Numbered from the whole stretch's first letter, positions 19,235-35,787 are shown. The stretch: DNA of 63,979 bases, filler included, from an uncultured bacterium (GCA_964429075.1; 9 parts of 9 records of this genome joined end to end with filler, not necessarily neighbours in it), one strand, 5' to 3'. Numbers and translations are program-made. The notes: generated by a model not told the origin, from the letters alone.

Positions 19235-20585
19235 ACCGTGCTATCGCCCTCTGTCTTTCTCCTTCTGGATAGTCATAATAATAACCCATATCATCACCTA
19301 CGATTCTATATAACTCCAGAAAGGCAGATAGCCGTATTGTATCATCATTACTATTTAGCCCATTTATCAACCACTGAATCCTCTCTTTATCTGCATTATG
19401 TTTCCACCAGGATCTCCACTTTCTTGCGGATTCTCCCACATCATGTTTTGTAATCATCACAAGTGACATATGGGCAACCTCCCTGACAATCCACTCCCTG
19501 TCATCAAGCAGAGGTATTAACATGGGAACAAACTTCTTCATGCCCAACATACCCATTATTCTTGCACTTTTTTGTCTTGTTATTCTATCCTCACTCTTGA
19601 GGGCCTCCTGAAGATAGGTCAACACTGATGCAAATTCCTTTGAGTTTTCATATCTTTTCATAGCAGCAACAGCTATATCACGGGTTGCACTATCTTCGTC
19701 AAGGAGCTTTTTGTACAGGTGATGGATAAGATCCTGCCTTAGAAAATTTGCACATATAAAGGTTGCATAAAACCTCTTGTCCCTGTCCTGACTGTTAAGA
19801 AAATACATAACATAGGGCAGTACCTCTTCGCCCATCGCCACAAGACAACGGATTATACTTGAGTGAAATTCTACAGGTGGCATATCCTCTGTGGGTATGT
19901 TTCGATTTACAACCACATTACCGGGAAAATATTCCATAATCACAGGAATCGCGGCCCGTCCTATCTTTTTTATCTTTTTTATAATATCCCCAACCTCATA
20001 GGGCAGGCGTGAATTAAGTTCTTCAACAAGTTTTCGAAGCTCTTTTTGATCAATTACCTGTTCTTCAACCTCGACTGTAATTCCATCGTCTTCAAGTTCC
20101 TTCCCGCTCTTTTTCCTTAGTATAAGTTCTCTAAAAGCCTCTGGCACCTGATAGGAGATTATCAGTAAATCGCTGATCTCTTCAAGATGTATATGCTCCT
20201 TCCTCCTATCACCGTACAGTACACCGATAAGTTTATCATTAAGGCTTATGGGTATTATGAGCAGATTAGAAGGTGGATCAAGCATGAGTTTCTTTTTAAA
20301 AATATCTTTTGTTATTCTGTCATCTCCTGGTATTGTACCATAAAAATGGGTCCTGTTTTCTATTGCATTTTTGAACACAGAAGGTAGATCGAGTGGGATT
20401 TCAACCTCCTTCAATCTATCCTGATTTATGACACCTCTTGCACGCCAGGGCTTTAACTTATTGCCTTCCTTTTTAAAAAATACTGTCAGGCTGAAATGCT
20501 CAAGATATACCTTAAGTATAGTATCAACAAGTTCACTTGCATCCTTAGCGGACAATAACTCCTTTAAAACACTGCTGTATTCCAT
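19185..20585 (-). CDS. GAF-like plus HEAT-repeat protein (myxobacterial FrgA-like, tentative)
   Basis: LLIIPISLNDKLIGVLYGD GAF strand; multiple HEAT repeats (LIPLLDDREWIVREVA); start placed at ATG 20585. Confidence 0.7.
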   Translation of the reverse strand: MEYSSVLKELLSAKDASELVDTILKVYLEHFSLTVFFKKEGNKLKPWRARGVINQDRLKEVEIPLDLPSVFKNAIENRTHFYGTIPGDDRITKDIFKKKLMLDPPSNLLIIPISLNDKLIGVLYGDRRKEHIHLEEISDLLIISYQVPEAFRELILRKKSGKELEDDGITVEVEEQVIDQKELRKLVEELNSRLPYEVGDIIKKIKKIGRAAIPVIMEYFPGNVVVNRNIPTEDMPPVEFHSSIIRCLVAMGEEVLPYVMYFLNSQDRDKRFYATFICANFLRQDLIHHLYKKLLDEDSATRDIAVAAMKRYENSKEFASVLTYLQEALKSEDRITRQKSARIMGMLGMKKFVPMLIPLLDDREWIVREVAHMSLVMITKHDVGESARKWRSWWKHNADKERIQWLINGLNSNDDTIRLSAFLELYRIVGDDMGYYYDYPEGERQRAIARFRDWYEQNQGADRAPQ

Positions 20586-20599
20586 ATGTAAACTCCATA

Positions 20600-21784
20600 T
20601 CAATTATATATGAGATACTGTTTTCTTATATCATTGAGATTGTATAGATCTCTGTTTATCTCTGCATAAATCTTTTCGAAATCCATTCCGCTATCAATCA
20701 TCTCTCTAATCTTTGAATCCCCTGTTAACAGATCAAAGGCAGGTACATCATCTTTGAATTCATACTCCTGGGTTCGCCAGACAAAATCCTCAGGATACAT
20801 CTCTCTGACTTTTGCAATTATAGCAAGACCTGTCTTTACAGAGTTGAAGGATTTTCTATTTACAATATGTATTTCGCAACCACCACATAGCTGGCCTTCG
20901 AATTTATCAAACCCTGGTGTAAAATAGATTGGTCTGAATATCACTCCAAATAGTCCCATGGAGTTAAGGGCATCTGACAATCTATATGCATCAATAAAGG
21001 GTGCGCCAAATATCTTAAAGGGTCTTGTTGTCCCTCTTCCTTCTGAAATATTTGTCCCCTCCAATAAACACATACCGGGATAAAAAAGTGCAGTTTCAGG
21101 GGATGGCATATTGGGAGATGGTGCAACCCATCTAAGACCAGTCTGATCAAACCACATCTTTCTCTGCCAGTTATCCATCCTTACTATGGTCAGATCGAGA
21201 TCATTGCACTTCTCCTCGTTATATAGGTATGCAAGCTCACCTATGGTCATTCCATGTCTGATAGCAACTGGCAGATAACCAACGAAAGATCTATATTCGT
21301 TTGCTATAGCCTTGCCACCTTCAACCTCTAATCCTGTAATCGGATTTGGCCTATCAAGCACAAACATCTCACGACCAACCTTTGCACAGACCTCCATCAC
21401 AGCAGCCATTGTGGAGGCATAGGTATAAAACCTCGTTCCAACATCTGGCAGATCACATACAACAACATCAATATCAATAAGCAGATTTTCATCCGGGTAA
21501 ATAGAGCTTTCATCTTCACCATAGAGTGAATAGATAGGTATATCAGTATCTCTATATCTACCATCTGAGACAGGTTCCATATAGGAAAAATTACCAAAAA
21601 AACCGTGTTCTGGTGTAAGAATAAACCTTATATCAACTCCACTTTCAAGGGCTGCATCACAGAGGTGTCTCATATTGTTTGTTACACTTGCTTGGTTTAC
21701 CAAAAACGCCACCCGTCTACTTGCGAGTGGCTCAAAATTCATCAATATTAATCTCTCTAATCCGGTAATTGTTCTTTGAGGCAT
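20600..21784 (-). CDS. namZ: Exo-beta-N-acetylmuramidase NamZ family (DUF1343)
   Basis: PEHG, YSLYG, DVGTRFYTY, DRPNP, RHGMTIGE, PSPNMP, SEGRGTT. Confidence 0.9.
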   Translation of the reverse strand: MPQRTITGLERLILMNFEPLASRRVAFLVNQASVTNNMRHLCDAALESGVDIRFILTPEHGFFGNFSYMEPVSDGRYRDTDIPIYSLYGEDESSIYPDENLLIDIDVVVCDLPDVGTRFYTYASTMAAVMEVCAKVGREMFVLDRPNPITGLEVEGGKAIANEYRSFVGYLPVAIRHGMTIGELAYLYNEEKCNDLDLTIVRMDNWQRKMWFDQTGLRWVAPSPNMPSPETALFYPGMCLLEGTNISEGRGTTRPFKIFGAPFIDAYRLSDALNSMGLFGVIFRPIYFTPGFDKFEGQLCGGCEIHIVNRKSFNSVKTGLAIIAKVREMYPEDFVWRTQEYEFKDDVPAFDLLTGDSKIREMIDSGMDFEKIYAEINRDLYNLNDIRKQYLIYN

Positions 21785-21789
21785 TGGTA

Positions 21790-22379
21790 CTACTGTTTTG
21801 GTGGTATGAAATTATAGGGGAAATCGTAGAATATATCTTTGCCTGGTGCCGGAAAATCAGCAAGTCTTGCGTGCCAGTAAATAGATGCCTCCATTTGAGG
21901 GTCCTTTAATGTATCAGTTGTAATATCGATATTCTTTACTGTCCCATCCTTTGCCAACCTTATCTTCATTATAAACTTCCCTTTAAGTTCTGGCTGCTCC
22001 TTCAGTCTTTCTTTATATAGTTTCAATACCCTCCTTGCTATAGCGTTGTAGATGTGTGTCGGGGTTCTGCCACGGATAGGTTTTCTGGACAGCATTATTT
22101 TTTCACCAAGGCTCCAGAAGTGTTCACTGGCCTTCTTCTTCTGCTCATCCTTTGCATTTTTAGCATTCATAACAATGAAATCATTCTCCATACTTTCACG
22201 GATATTACCCTTTTTTTCGAGGGCTTTTGCTAAAGCAAGGTATGCCTCGTAATCTTCTGGATCTTCATCTGTAGTCTTTTTAAGATACTCTATCTGCTTG
22301 TCGAGCTTACCCATTTTTTCATAGATCCAGGCGATACGATTGAACATATCTGTTCCTTTGTAATTACTCTTCTCAAGTC
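21790..22379 (-). CDS. TPR plus AgmX/PglI (TonB-like) C-terminal domain protein, 5' truncated
   Basis: TPR helices, then YKERLKEQPELKGK..DGTV..FP..FPYNF. Confidence 0.7.
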
Positions 22380-22479
22380 NNNNNNNNNNNNNNNNNNNNN
22401 NNNNNNNNNNNNNNNNNNNNNNNTTAATTAATTAANNNNNNNNNNNNNNNNNNNNNNNNNNNNNNNNNNNNNNNNNNNN
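22380..22479. other. Artificial contig-joining linker
   Basis: N44-TTAATTAATTAA-N44. Confidence 0.98.
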
Positions 22480-22481
22480 AA

Positions 22482-22832
22482 AGACCTGCACAAAAGACTA
22501 TTGTTATCGCAGGGCCTTCACAACAAAATAGTGAAAAACCTGCTGAGGTATTACCAGAACTTGATAATAAAACAGTAATGACTGTGATAATGAAAAACAA
22601 AAAGGATATTGATTTCTGTGGTAAAGAATATCTTAAGCGAGGTGGCCAGAGCGGTAAGGTTGTGGTTAGCTGGAGGGTGTTACCCTCTGGGAAGGTAGAG
22701 AATGTAAGGATAAGGGATGCTGAATTTGAAGGGACTTATCTTGAATCCTGTATTGTAGAACATGTAAGAAGATGGAGATTTCCGGCCTTTTCCAGTGATC
22801 CCAGGACGATCAACTTTCCCTTTAAATTTTGA
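22482..22832 (+). CDS. AgmX/GltJ-like protein, C-terminal TonB-like domain (5' truncated)
   Basis: C..SGKVVVSWRV..SG..SCI..WRFP..INFPFKF closely resembles the GltJ/AgmX C-terminus; frame open to the contig edge. Confidence 0.75.
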   Translation, partial: RPAQKTIVIAGPSQQNSEKPAEVLPELDNKTVMTVIMKNKKDIDFCGKEYLKRGGQSGKVVVSWRVLPSGKVENVRIRDAEFEGTYLESCIVEHVRRWRFPAFSSDPRTINFPFKF

Positions 22833-23416
22833 TTAATCCTTCTTAACCCTCCTTTTTGCAATGGCCTGTAGTATAACTTTGCCGTCCTTTACCTTAACCT
22901 TAAAATCAACATCATGACACTTTTTTTCTTTTATCAAACGCTCTTTACGTTGTATGATGTGGGCCCTGAATTTATCGATAGAGGTGGGTTTTTTACCAAT
23001 TTCCTTTGTCTTCTGAACAAATTCTTCATATAGTTTTTTGATATTTAGATCTTCATCGCTTGATTGATTGATAACTTTTTGATTTTGTTTTTCACTAAAT
23101 GAGCCAGGTTTTATCATCTCAGATACTCTGAAACGTCTCCTGTCGAATGTACCATTTTCCATCTCCTTAAAAATCCGGTCCCAGTATTGTCCATATGTAA
23201 CCATCTTTGACATTACTGTACCAAATTTGAATCTAAGCATGGTATTTTTCAGATATCTTGACTGGATCAATCTGAGACGTTTTAGGAGTTTTTCCCTCTC
23301 TATCTGCGGTGATTTTTTTTCTCTTCCAAGAAAATATTGTTCAAATTTTGTGTGAAGTTTATCTATCTCTTCACTAATTCTATCAAGTTCTTGTGATATC
23401 TTGGCAGGTTCATCCA

Positions 23417-23420
<4 letters not shown>
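22833..23420 (-). CDS. MXAN_5187 C-terminal-domain family protein
   Basis: FEQYFLGREKKSP N-terminal part and LYEEFV..VDFKVKVKDGKVILQA C-terminal part. Confidence 0.75.
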
Positions 23421-27564
<4,144 letters not shown>

Positions 27565-27617
27565 AGGCTAAACCCAGCAAGTTAAACTAACACAGGTTAT
27601 CTTCAATTGCAATATAA

Positions 27618-28466
27618 TTAAATAATTTTCATGGGCACAGGCGTAAATGTCAATATAAATAATAAAAGTCCGATGATCCCGATCAGGATGTCGAGGGGAT
27701 AGAGTTCCTGAAAAGTAGGGGTAGGATGTTTAAATCTGCCAATAAAGACTATTAAGATCGCCCATATTAACCAGCCCTGCCAGTAAAAAAGACCCATAGC
27801 ACCGAGTATAAATGGAACAAGTTTTGTTAACCTTTCGTGGAGTCTTGGTGCAAGAGAATATAGTATGTGTCCACCATCGAGTTGAGCTACCGGGATGAGA
27901 TTTAGAGATGTTACGAGTATCCCCAGCCAACCTGCATATGCATACTGATTTATCTTAACATCAAAACCCACAGGGATATCACCAATTACCAGATGTTTAA
28001 GAGTAAGGTATAATATTGAGTCCCCCTCTTTGATTGTATTGGGCATGATTGATTCTACATGGGATGTGTGCAGCCCATATATCAGGATTGGCAGAGCAAC
28101 CAATATCCCCACAATTGGGCCAGATGCACCGAGCATCAAAAGTGCCCTTCTGTTCATGATGGGTTGTCTAATTTTTATAACAGCACCCATTGTTCCAACC
28201 ATTGGGTTTGGGAAGGGTATGAAGTAGGGTAGTGTGACATCGATGCCGAAGTGCCGTGCTGTCAGATAATGACCCATTTCGTGTGAACCGAGTATCAGGA
28301 TTATTGAAACAGAAAAGGGGATACCTTTTAACAATAAAGAGGGGTTGGCCATAATCTGATCTAACTCATGCCCGCTGATATATGTACCGGCAAAGAGTGT
28401 AGAAAAAATGGTGGCAATTAATAGTAACAGTGGAATTATAAAGCCATTATGGTGCCTTTGGCTCAT
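27618..28466 (-). CDS. Site-2 protease (M50) family intramembrane metalloprotease
   Basis: HEMGH, GTMGAVI, NLIPVAQLDGGH, multiple TM segments. Confidence 0.92.
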   Translation of the reverse strand: MSQRHHNGFIIPLLLLIATIFSTLFAGTYISGHELDQIMANPSLLLKGIPFSVSIILILGSHEMGHYLTARHFGIDVTLPYFIPFPNPMVGTMGAVIKIRQPIMNRRALLMLGASGPIVGILVALPILIYGLHTSHVESIMPNTIKEGDSILYLTLKHLVIGDIPVGFDVKINQYAYAGWLGILVTSLNLIPVAQLDGGHILYSLAPRLHERLTKLVPFILGAMGLFYWQGWLIWAILIVFIGRFKHPTPTFQELYPLDILIGIIGLLLFILTFTPVPMKII

Positions 28467-29782
28467 TCTCTGCTCCTTCCCCCTCCTTTTCCGCTGATTT
28501 CAGATCTTCAAAACCCCCACTATCCACCTTTGTTAATACAAATTTATATTTTAACCTCCCATCAAAAATATAACTTCCAAATAATCCATTGTAACTGCCG
28601 GTATAGAGCAGTTCTGATATGGCTTTTTTTTCTGAGATCAGTCTCTTTTTTATAAAGCTTGCAATATCGAAAAAGGCCAATTCATACATACTTAACCTTC
28701 TGTTAAAAATTTTTTGTATCTCCAAAAGTTGTTTGTCCTTTGAGTGATGAAGATTGTAGATCAATGCTCCTCTTAGATAGTTGTTGGCCTTATCAATCAG
28801 GATATCAGAAAACCATGCCTGATTCCCGAGTAGACACACACCCTGTACTATTTTTCCATCGTAACGGCGCTTCCTTCTGTCTTTGTGTGTACAGTCGGCA
28901 AATTCTACCCCTGTAGCATATATCGCAGGAAGTATCATGGCAATCCTGTATGCCCTGTCAGGTATATACAATGCATCAAAGTCTACAATGGGTTCCAGCA
29001 ATTTTTTTGCCTTTTCAATACACTTTTTTATCCTGTATGGTTGACCTCTGTAATCCTTTTTGCACCTCTTTTTTTCTTTTTTATAGTCATTCCTTTCGTT
29101 GAGAGGTAACTGTCCTACAAGTCGCATGGCAATCCTGTCGAAATTCATTGTATCAGGGGCATAACTTATGATTCCTGTTATTTCTCCACCCAACCTCTTT
29201 ACAGTATTTATAAACTTAAATGCCTGTTCTCTACCTGTTCTGGATTCTGGATAGAGTACTGCAAACCGTTTTATATTAACCCTCTTTATTCTTTTTAAAA
29301 GGTCCTCGATACCATCAGTAGTTAACAGGTTAATTTCAACAAAATTTTGTGTATCCGAAAAGGATGACGATGAGAGGGCTGTAATTGTGAAGACTCCATA
29401 TAGTTCAGCCCTTGCCTGAATGAATCGTGCAGACTCAATAAGTGGTGGCCCTATAACCAATGACACACCTTTTTCTCTTACGAGTCTATCAAAGGCTGAT
29501 ACGGCTATTTCAGCTCTACCCTGTGTATCTTCATAAAAAAGCTCTATTTCTTTAACAGAACCGAGAATATAATCTACAATCTCTTTGATCCTTTTGCCAA
29601 CAGGACTATAGCGTCCGCTTAGAGGTAAGAGTACTCCTATCCTGCCGTTGAATTCAAATGAAGACTCGTTGATATTGTGATATTCATAGAATTTTTCACC
29701 AGTTGTTGCTTCTTGAGGTTCTTTTTCTCCCCCTTTCCTACAATACATACCAAGAACATCATCCTGGCAGATACGTATTATC
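28447..29782 (-). CDS. LpoA-like penicillin-binding-protein activator / periplasmic-binding-fold protein, 5' truncated
   Basis: IGVLLPLSGRY, IGP, FAVLYP, PIVDFDALYIPD. Confidence 0.72.
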
Positions 29783-29882
29783 NNNNNNNNNNNNNNNNNN
29801 NNNNNNNNNNNNNNNNNNNNNNNNNNTTAATTAATTAANNNNNNNNNNNNNNNNNNNNNNNNNNNNNNNNNNNNNNNNNNNN
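29783..29882. other. Artificial contig-joining linker
   Basis: N44-TTAATTAATTAA-N44. Confidence 0.98.
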
Positions 29883-30244
29883 GTACAATACAGAAGAACC
29901 AGCTTACATAACAGACACTTTTCTAAGAAATTAAGTCTTCTTGTGAAAAGATTATCTTTTAATGATAAAACAAAATGCCTACAACCTATAGGCCCATCTA
30001 TAAGATATACTGGTATCCTTTTAAACCCAAGTTTTGTAGCCGCAATGAAACGTTTCTGCCCGCTCAAAAGTAGTAGTCTTTCTTTATCCTTTACTACTAA
30101 AAGGGGGGCTTTTATACCCAAGGTCCTTATATCTTCAATAAGATTCATGGATACTTCTGATGGATAGGTGTGACACAAAGACTCAGAATCAATATCCTCA
30201 GGGCTTAACCAGACTAATCTTTTTTGATCAACAATCACCTTCAA
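29883..30244 (-). CDS. ParB/Srx N-terminal domain protein (3' truncated)
   Basis: LIEDIRTLGIKAPLLV..LLSGQKRFIAA..LG..IPV..DNL..R.LN..E. Confidence 0.72.
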
Positions 30245-33200
30245 ACATTGATATAGTGTGCATCTGGATGAAAGGAGACAACTGCAGTTATTGAGTGAGA
30301 TGGTACAAGCTGGAAGTTTTCTGTAACCTCCATATCAATCTCAGATAGATTGAGGATCTTGTAGAGATCTTTTTGTATTGACAGATCGGGTATTGATGAA
30401 TAACCAGGGCTGAACCTTGCCCCCTGATAACTTCCCTTTAAGATTAACTCCACAGGCAAATCCTTCTCAATTCCGGCCTCCTCTCTGATCATCTTATGAA
30501 CATATTCTGCAAGCGCCTCTGCGAGTGTAGCACTGAGACCTGAGATTAGCACATAGTCCTGAAACCTGCCTTCTTTTTTCAATGCATCAAGATATTCTTT
30601 TATTCTTTTTCCTGTAGTTACAGCAAAAAGACCCACAACTACAGGCTGTTCTGCTCTAAAGAAATCTGAAATACTGAGTCCATCTGGTTTATTCTGTCGT
30701 GGTAGATAGATCTTAAAACTATGTAAGGAAGACTGAATTATCAATAAATTATCATCTACAGTTGCTCTGAAAAACCCATAACTTGCGAAAAATTTGATAT
30801 CGTTCATAGAGGTTATATCGTGCCATACCCTATTGAATAGTTCTTCAGCATCACTAAAATCCCTCTTTTTGAACTTCCACTGTCCTTTGAATAGAAATGT
30901 CTTGTTTATGTATGGTCTGACCTTTTCAGGATCAATTTTTACAATTTTTACTAAATCTGTCTTTACATCAATAGCAGGGTACTGCCCTTTAAGAATCCTT
31001 CTTGAACCTCTTTCTTGGATGATTAATTTTTCTTTTAACCTGTTATTGCTATTTTTCCTTACAGGACATATTTTCGGTTCGTTACAGATTTTATCGAGGA
31101 TCTTTTTGCATTCAAAACCATCTTTTGCGTAATACACCCCATGAGGATAGAGTGGAGCAAGGATCTTTTCGACAAATCTGCGATTTAACGCTGCCCCACC
31201 AACAATTACAGGGATATCTAAACCTCTTTTGGAAAACACAACAAGATTGTCTTTCATAACCATGGCAGATTTTACTAACAGACCGGACATCCCTATGGCT
31301 ACAGAATCATATTTTTCCCTTGCCTCAATAATCTTTTCAACCGGCACCTGGATACCGAGATCAATAACTTCGTACCCACTGTTTTCAATAACAAGTTTTA
31401 CAAGGTTTTTTCCTATATCATGGACATCCCCTTCCACCGTGGCAAGTATAAATGTTGCCTTTGCTGGTAATTTTTCCTGATCCGAGTGCTGCTTCAGATA
31501 TGATACTATCTTGCTTGATACTTCAGCCGATTTCATTACATAAGGTAGTTGCATACTCCCCTTTTCAAANNNNNNNNNNTTCAAAAAGAACACCCACCTT
31601 CTCCATTGCAGGCAAGATAACCTCCTCTAAGAGTACATTTTTACCCTTCTCCATAAGTATCTTTTTTACCAGTTCTGAAAGATGAGATGTCCTCCCTTCG
31701 ATAATCATCTCTTTTAATCTAACTACAGGATCTTCTATCGATTCAACGCTTTTGATTTCACCCTGTATGTTTTTAGACCGTTTTGCTTCTACAATCTCAA
31801 TTAGCTCAAATAGTGGATCACCTTCTGTGGTCAAAAAGAGTTTTGTCCCGAGATCAAAAGTTTTGCTATCAATCTGGTCCTTATAAATGATTTTTGATGG
31901 GTTTACAATTGCAGCAGTAAGGCCTTTTTCTTTTGCAATCGCCAGAAATACACTATTTATCAGATCCCTGACCATTCCTTTTAGTCCATGGGATACATTA
32001 CTTATTCCAAGAACACTACCTGAACCTTCAAAGTTTTCTGAAATCCATCTGACTGCTTCAAGGGTTGCCCACGCCCTTTTTCTTGAATCTACTGAACCAT
32101 CAGCAATAGAAAACGTAAGAGGATCAAACAATATATCTGTTGGTTCAAGCCCCATCTTGTTTACACATATATTATATGCTCTTTCAAAGATCCTCTTTTT
32201 CCTATCAAGTCCTTCTGCCATGCCATCTTCATCCATTGCTGAGATGATAACAGAAGCTGCATGCTCCTTTACAAGCTCAATACCTTCTATAAATCTATCC
32301 TCTCCATCAATAAAATTTAGTGAATTAATAATTGCTCTGCCGGGATATAAAGCTAATGCCTCCTGTAATGCCAAAAGCTCGGTAGAATCAAAGACAAGTG
32401 GTGCATTTAAAGATCGTGCAAGACGGGGTATTATCCGTTTGTAAAACTCTATTTCATCTCCGGTTGTCATTGCTACAGAGATGTCCATTGCCTGTGCACC
32501 GAGTCGCTCCTGATCCCTTGCAAACTCCTCGATTGCATCAAGATCTTGCGACAAAAGCAGCTCTCTAAATCTTTTTGAGCCTGTAGCATTACACCTTTCT
32601 GATATGATTAATATCTTTCTGTTCTGAAAAAGTGGCGTAGCCTGATATAGGCTTGTAATGTATGGTTTTGTTATGGATTTTCTTTTTCTGGGGCTTACAG
32701 ATTTTATTTTTTCTTTTATCTTTTTAATAAATTCTGGGGTCGTACCACAACAACCACCTACAAATTCAATATGTGTATCGTTCACAATATCATAAATATG
32801 TCTGGCAAAGGTATCTGGTGTCATTGAATATATTAGCTCTCCATCTTTCTGTTCTGGTAACCCGGCATTTGGCTGAACTGACACAGCCCTTGTTACATTT
32901 TTTGCAAACAGCCTGACATGATCGAGTAATGAATCAGGACCCAGAGAACAGTTAAAACCAAAGCAATCAATAAATGGATAGGACATAAAGGTGTAAAGTG
33001 CAGCAAGCGGAGTGGTACCAAAAAGTAGTCTGCCGTTTCGCTCAACCGTAAATTGCAGAAAAACAAAGGGTCTTTTATTTCTATTTTTTAGCAACCTGTA
33101 CAAAAGAATACATACCGCCTTTGCCTGAAGTGGATCCTGTACAGTCTCAACAATTATTGCATCCACACCGGCGTCTAGAAAGGCCTTTACTTGTGGTTCA

Positions 33201-33601
33201 TAGGAACCTATAAGGGTCTTTAAAGTTGATTTCCCAGCAGTTGGTGGGAACCTTCCTGGTCCTATAGAGCCTGCAACAAAACCACCGTAATCTCGTGCCA
33301 CCTCAATGGCAAAATTTGCAGCAGAAAGATTTATTTCATAGGTGTATTTTGATAAACCATGCTCTTTTAATTCCAGATAGGATGCCCCAAATGTGTTTGT
33401 CTCCACTATGTCCGCCCCAGCCTTCAGATATTCCTCATGGATTGACTGTACATAAGATGGATCAGATAGGTTCAACTCTTCAAGACATCTAACAAAAGAT
33501 GCCTGCTTCTGAAGCATAGTGCCCATTGCACCATCAAAAACAAGGACACGATCCTCTACTAAATTCATTAATTTGGACCCACTTGGAGGGCTGTAGCGCA
33601 T
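30241..33601 (-). CDS. metH: Cobalamin-dependent methionine synthase (one gene, split in the ORF track by the gap at 31570-31579)
   Basis: DGAMGT, GGCCGT (Hcy-binding), ERCNATGSKRF (pterin), GDVHDIGKNLV (B12), RFSPGY (activation); gap flanks overlap (TTCAAA) and give VLFEKGSMQLP. Confidence 0.93.
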
Positions 33602-33607
33602 TTTTTA

Positions 33608-33904
33608 TCAGAGTTTTAGAAGTGAAAGGATATCTTCAATTAGGTTTGATTCCTTACCAGTTAACTTTTCGAGCTCGCCCTGATCGAGCCATACTCCACC
33701 ACAGTTAAAACACCGATCGATTTCTACCCCACGATAGCTTGTTTGTTCCAGTTCATAGCCACACTTTGGACAGTGCATCCAGTGAAGTTCTTTGAGTCTC
33801 TTTCGCTCATCTTCCGCAAGACGCTTCATCTTTTCTTTGGCGAGTTTTCTTAACTTCAGGGCATCCTCTTTTGCAAAGTATTCATCTTCGGTTCTTATTG
33901 CCAT
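33608..33904 (-). CDS. zf-TFIIB zinc-ribbon protein
   Basis: EDEYF N-terminus, CPKC..IDRCFNCGGVWLDQGEL. Confidence 0.85.
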   Translation of the reverse strand: MAIRTEDEYFAKEDALKLRKLAKEKMKRLAEDERKRLKELHWMHCPKCGYELEQTSYRGVEIDRCFNCGGVWLDQGELEKLTGKESNLIEDILSLLKL

Positions 33905-33914
33905 CTGATCTCCT

Positions 33915-35165
33915 TTAGATTGCTTTTTTTTGAAGCACCTGAGAAGATTTGCCCCACCTTATATCTTCTTCTGTAATGATTATTTCGCGCGTGGTGTCTT
34001 TTTTTGATGGTATCTCAAACATAAAATCAAGAAGAGTCTTTTCAAGGATGCTCTTGAGCCCCCTTGCATTTGTTTTTGTCTCTATGGCCTGACGCGCAAT
34101 CTCAAGCAGGGCACCTCTTGTAAAATGAAGCTTTACGTTTGATAGCTCAAATATCTTTTGATACTGTTTGATAAGGGCATTTTTGGGTTTAATTAGTATC
34201 TCTAATAGATCTTCCTCTGTAAGTGGATTGAGACCTGCAACGACCGGTAGTCTTCCAACAAATTCCGGCAGCATACCAAACTTTATGAGGTCTTCTGGCA
34301 GTATTTGATCGATAATATCACAGTAATCCATCTCCTCTGTGTTGGCAAGTTTTGAACCAAATCCCATAGAAGTCCCTTCAAGCCTCTTTTTTATGATTTT
34401 ATCCAGGCCTTCAAAGGTACCACCACATATAAACAAGATATTTGTTGTATCAACTGGTATAAATTCCTGCTGTGGATGTTTTCTGCCTCCCTTTGGAGGA
34501 CAATTTGCAACTGTACCCTCTATGATCTTTAGGAGTGCCTGCTGAACACCCTCACCAGAAACATCCCGTGTTATAGATGGCCCGTCATTCTTACGTGCGA
34601 TTTTGTCTATCTCATCTATGTACACTATTCCTTTTTCTGCAAGGGCAACATTGTTGTTTGCAGCATAAAGGAGATTTACTATTATATTTTCTACATCCTC
34701 ACCAACATAGCCTGCCTCTGTTAGTGTAGTTGCATCTGAAATAGCAAGAGGAACATCCAGTATCCTTGCAAGATTCTGTACAAGATAGGTCTTTCCTACC
34801 CCACTTGGTCCAATTAAGAGGATGTTGCTCTTTGTGAGTTCTACATCACTGTGTTTGTTGGATTTTATCCTTAAATAATGGTTGTAAACGGCTACAGATA
34901 GTATCTTTTTGGCCCAATCCTGCCCGATCACATATTCATCAAGCTCTTTTTTGATCTGTTCAGGGGTCTTAAGTTCACTCAAATCAAATTTAGGTCCCTT
35001 TTTGCTGGTCTTAAGATCTTCAGATATAAGTTCATTACATAATTCGATACACTCATCACAGATATAGACCTTTGGTCCTGCAATAAGTTTGCGTACCTCT
35101 CGTTGACTCTTTCCGCAGAAAGAACATCTGATACTGTCAGAACTGCCAAATCCACGTGCACTCAT
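33915..35165 (-). CDS. clpX: ATP-dependent Clp protease ATPase subunit ClpX
   Basis: CSFCGK..CDEC zinc finger, [36 protein letters not shown]. Confidence 0.98.
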   Translation of the reverse strand: MSARGFGSSDSIRCSFCGKSQREVRKLIAGPKVYICDECIELCNELISEDLKTSKKGPKFDLSELKTPEQIKKELDEYVIGQDWAKKILSVAVYNHYLRIKSNKHSDVELTKSNILLIGPSGVGKTYLVQNLARILDVPLAISDATTLTEAGYVGEDVENIIVNLLYAANNNVALAEKGIVYIDEIDKIARKNDGPSITRDVSGEGVQQALLKIIEGTVANCPPKGGRKHPQQEFIPVDTTNILFICGGTFEGLDKIIKKRLEGTSMGFGSKLANTEEMDYCDIIDQILPEDLIKFGMLPEFVGRLPVVAGLNPLTEEDLLEILIKPKNALIKQYQKIFELSNVKLHFTRGALLEIARQAIETKTNARGLKSILEKTLLDFMFEIPSKKDTTREIIITEEDIRWGKSSQVLQKKAI

Positions 35166-35196
35166 AACACTATCTTACTCATTAGTGCTCAAAATA

Positions 35197-35787
35197 TCAA
35201 GTCTCTTTGCGAGACTCTATTATTTTGTCGATTAAGCCATATTCAAGTGCCTCTTGAGGAGACATATAAAAATCCCTTTCCGTATCTTTGGCAACCTGAT
35301 CGACAGGTCTTTCGGTATGTTTGCTAAGTATCCTGTTAAGTAATGCCTTGAGCCTCAGAATTTCTTTGGCCTGAAGTTCAATATCGGTGGCCTGACCCTG
35401 AAAGGCCCCCATTGGCTGGTGGATCATGATACGTGCGTTTGGCAGAGAAAAACGTTTACCCTTTGTACCTGCTGCAAGCAGAACCGCTCCCATGCTCGCT
35501 GCCTGTCCAATGCAAATTGTAACCACATCTGGCTTTATGTATTGAATTGTGTCGTATATTGCTATTCCAGCAGTCACAGAACCACCTGGAGAGTTTATAT
35601 AAAAATTTATGTCTTTGTTTGGGGCCTCTGCTTCTAAAAACAAAAGCTGTGCTATTATCAGATTGGCAACATAGTCGTCTATAGGGGTACCCAAAAAGAC
35701 AATCCTATCTTTGAGTAATCTTGAAAAGATATCATAGGCGCGTTCACTACGCCCTGTCTGTTCTACTACTATTGGTATCTGATACAC
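35197..35787 (-). CDS. clpP: ATP-dependent Clp protease proteolytic subunit
   Basis: [31 protein letters not shown] start. Confidence 0.98.
   Translation of the reverse strand: MYQIPIVVEQTGRSERAYDIFSRLLKDRIVFLGTPIDDYVANLIIAQLLFLEAEAPNKDINFYINSPGGSVTAGIAIYDTIQYIKPDVVTICIGQAASMGAVLLAAGTKGKRFSLPNARIMIHQPMGAFQGQATDIELQAKEILRLKALLNRILSKHTERPVDQVAKDTERDFYMSPQEALEYGLIDKIIESRKET

Noticed and set aside
21790-22832. Two AgmX-like domains as one divergent locus
   Set aside because: Separated by an artificial linker; different contigs
31565-31593. metH as a frameshifted pseudogene or naturally split gene
   Set aside because: The break coincides with a 10-N gap whose flanks overlap; merging them restores one frame. 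The GGDEF (38214), cytochrome (50384) and kinase (58155) breaks also fall exactly on 10-N gaps
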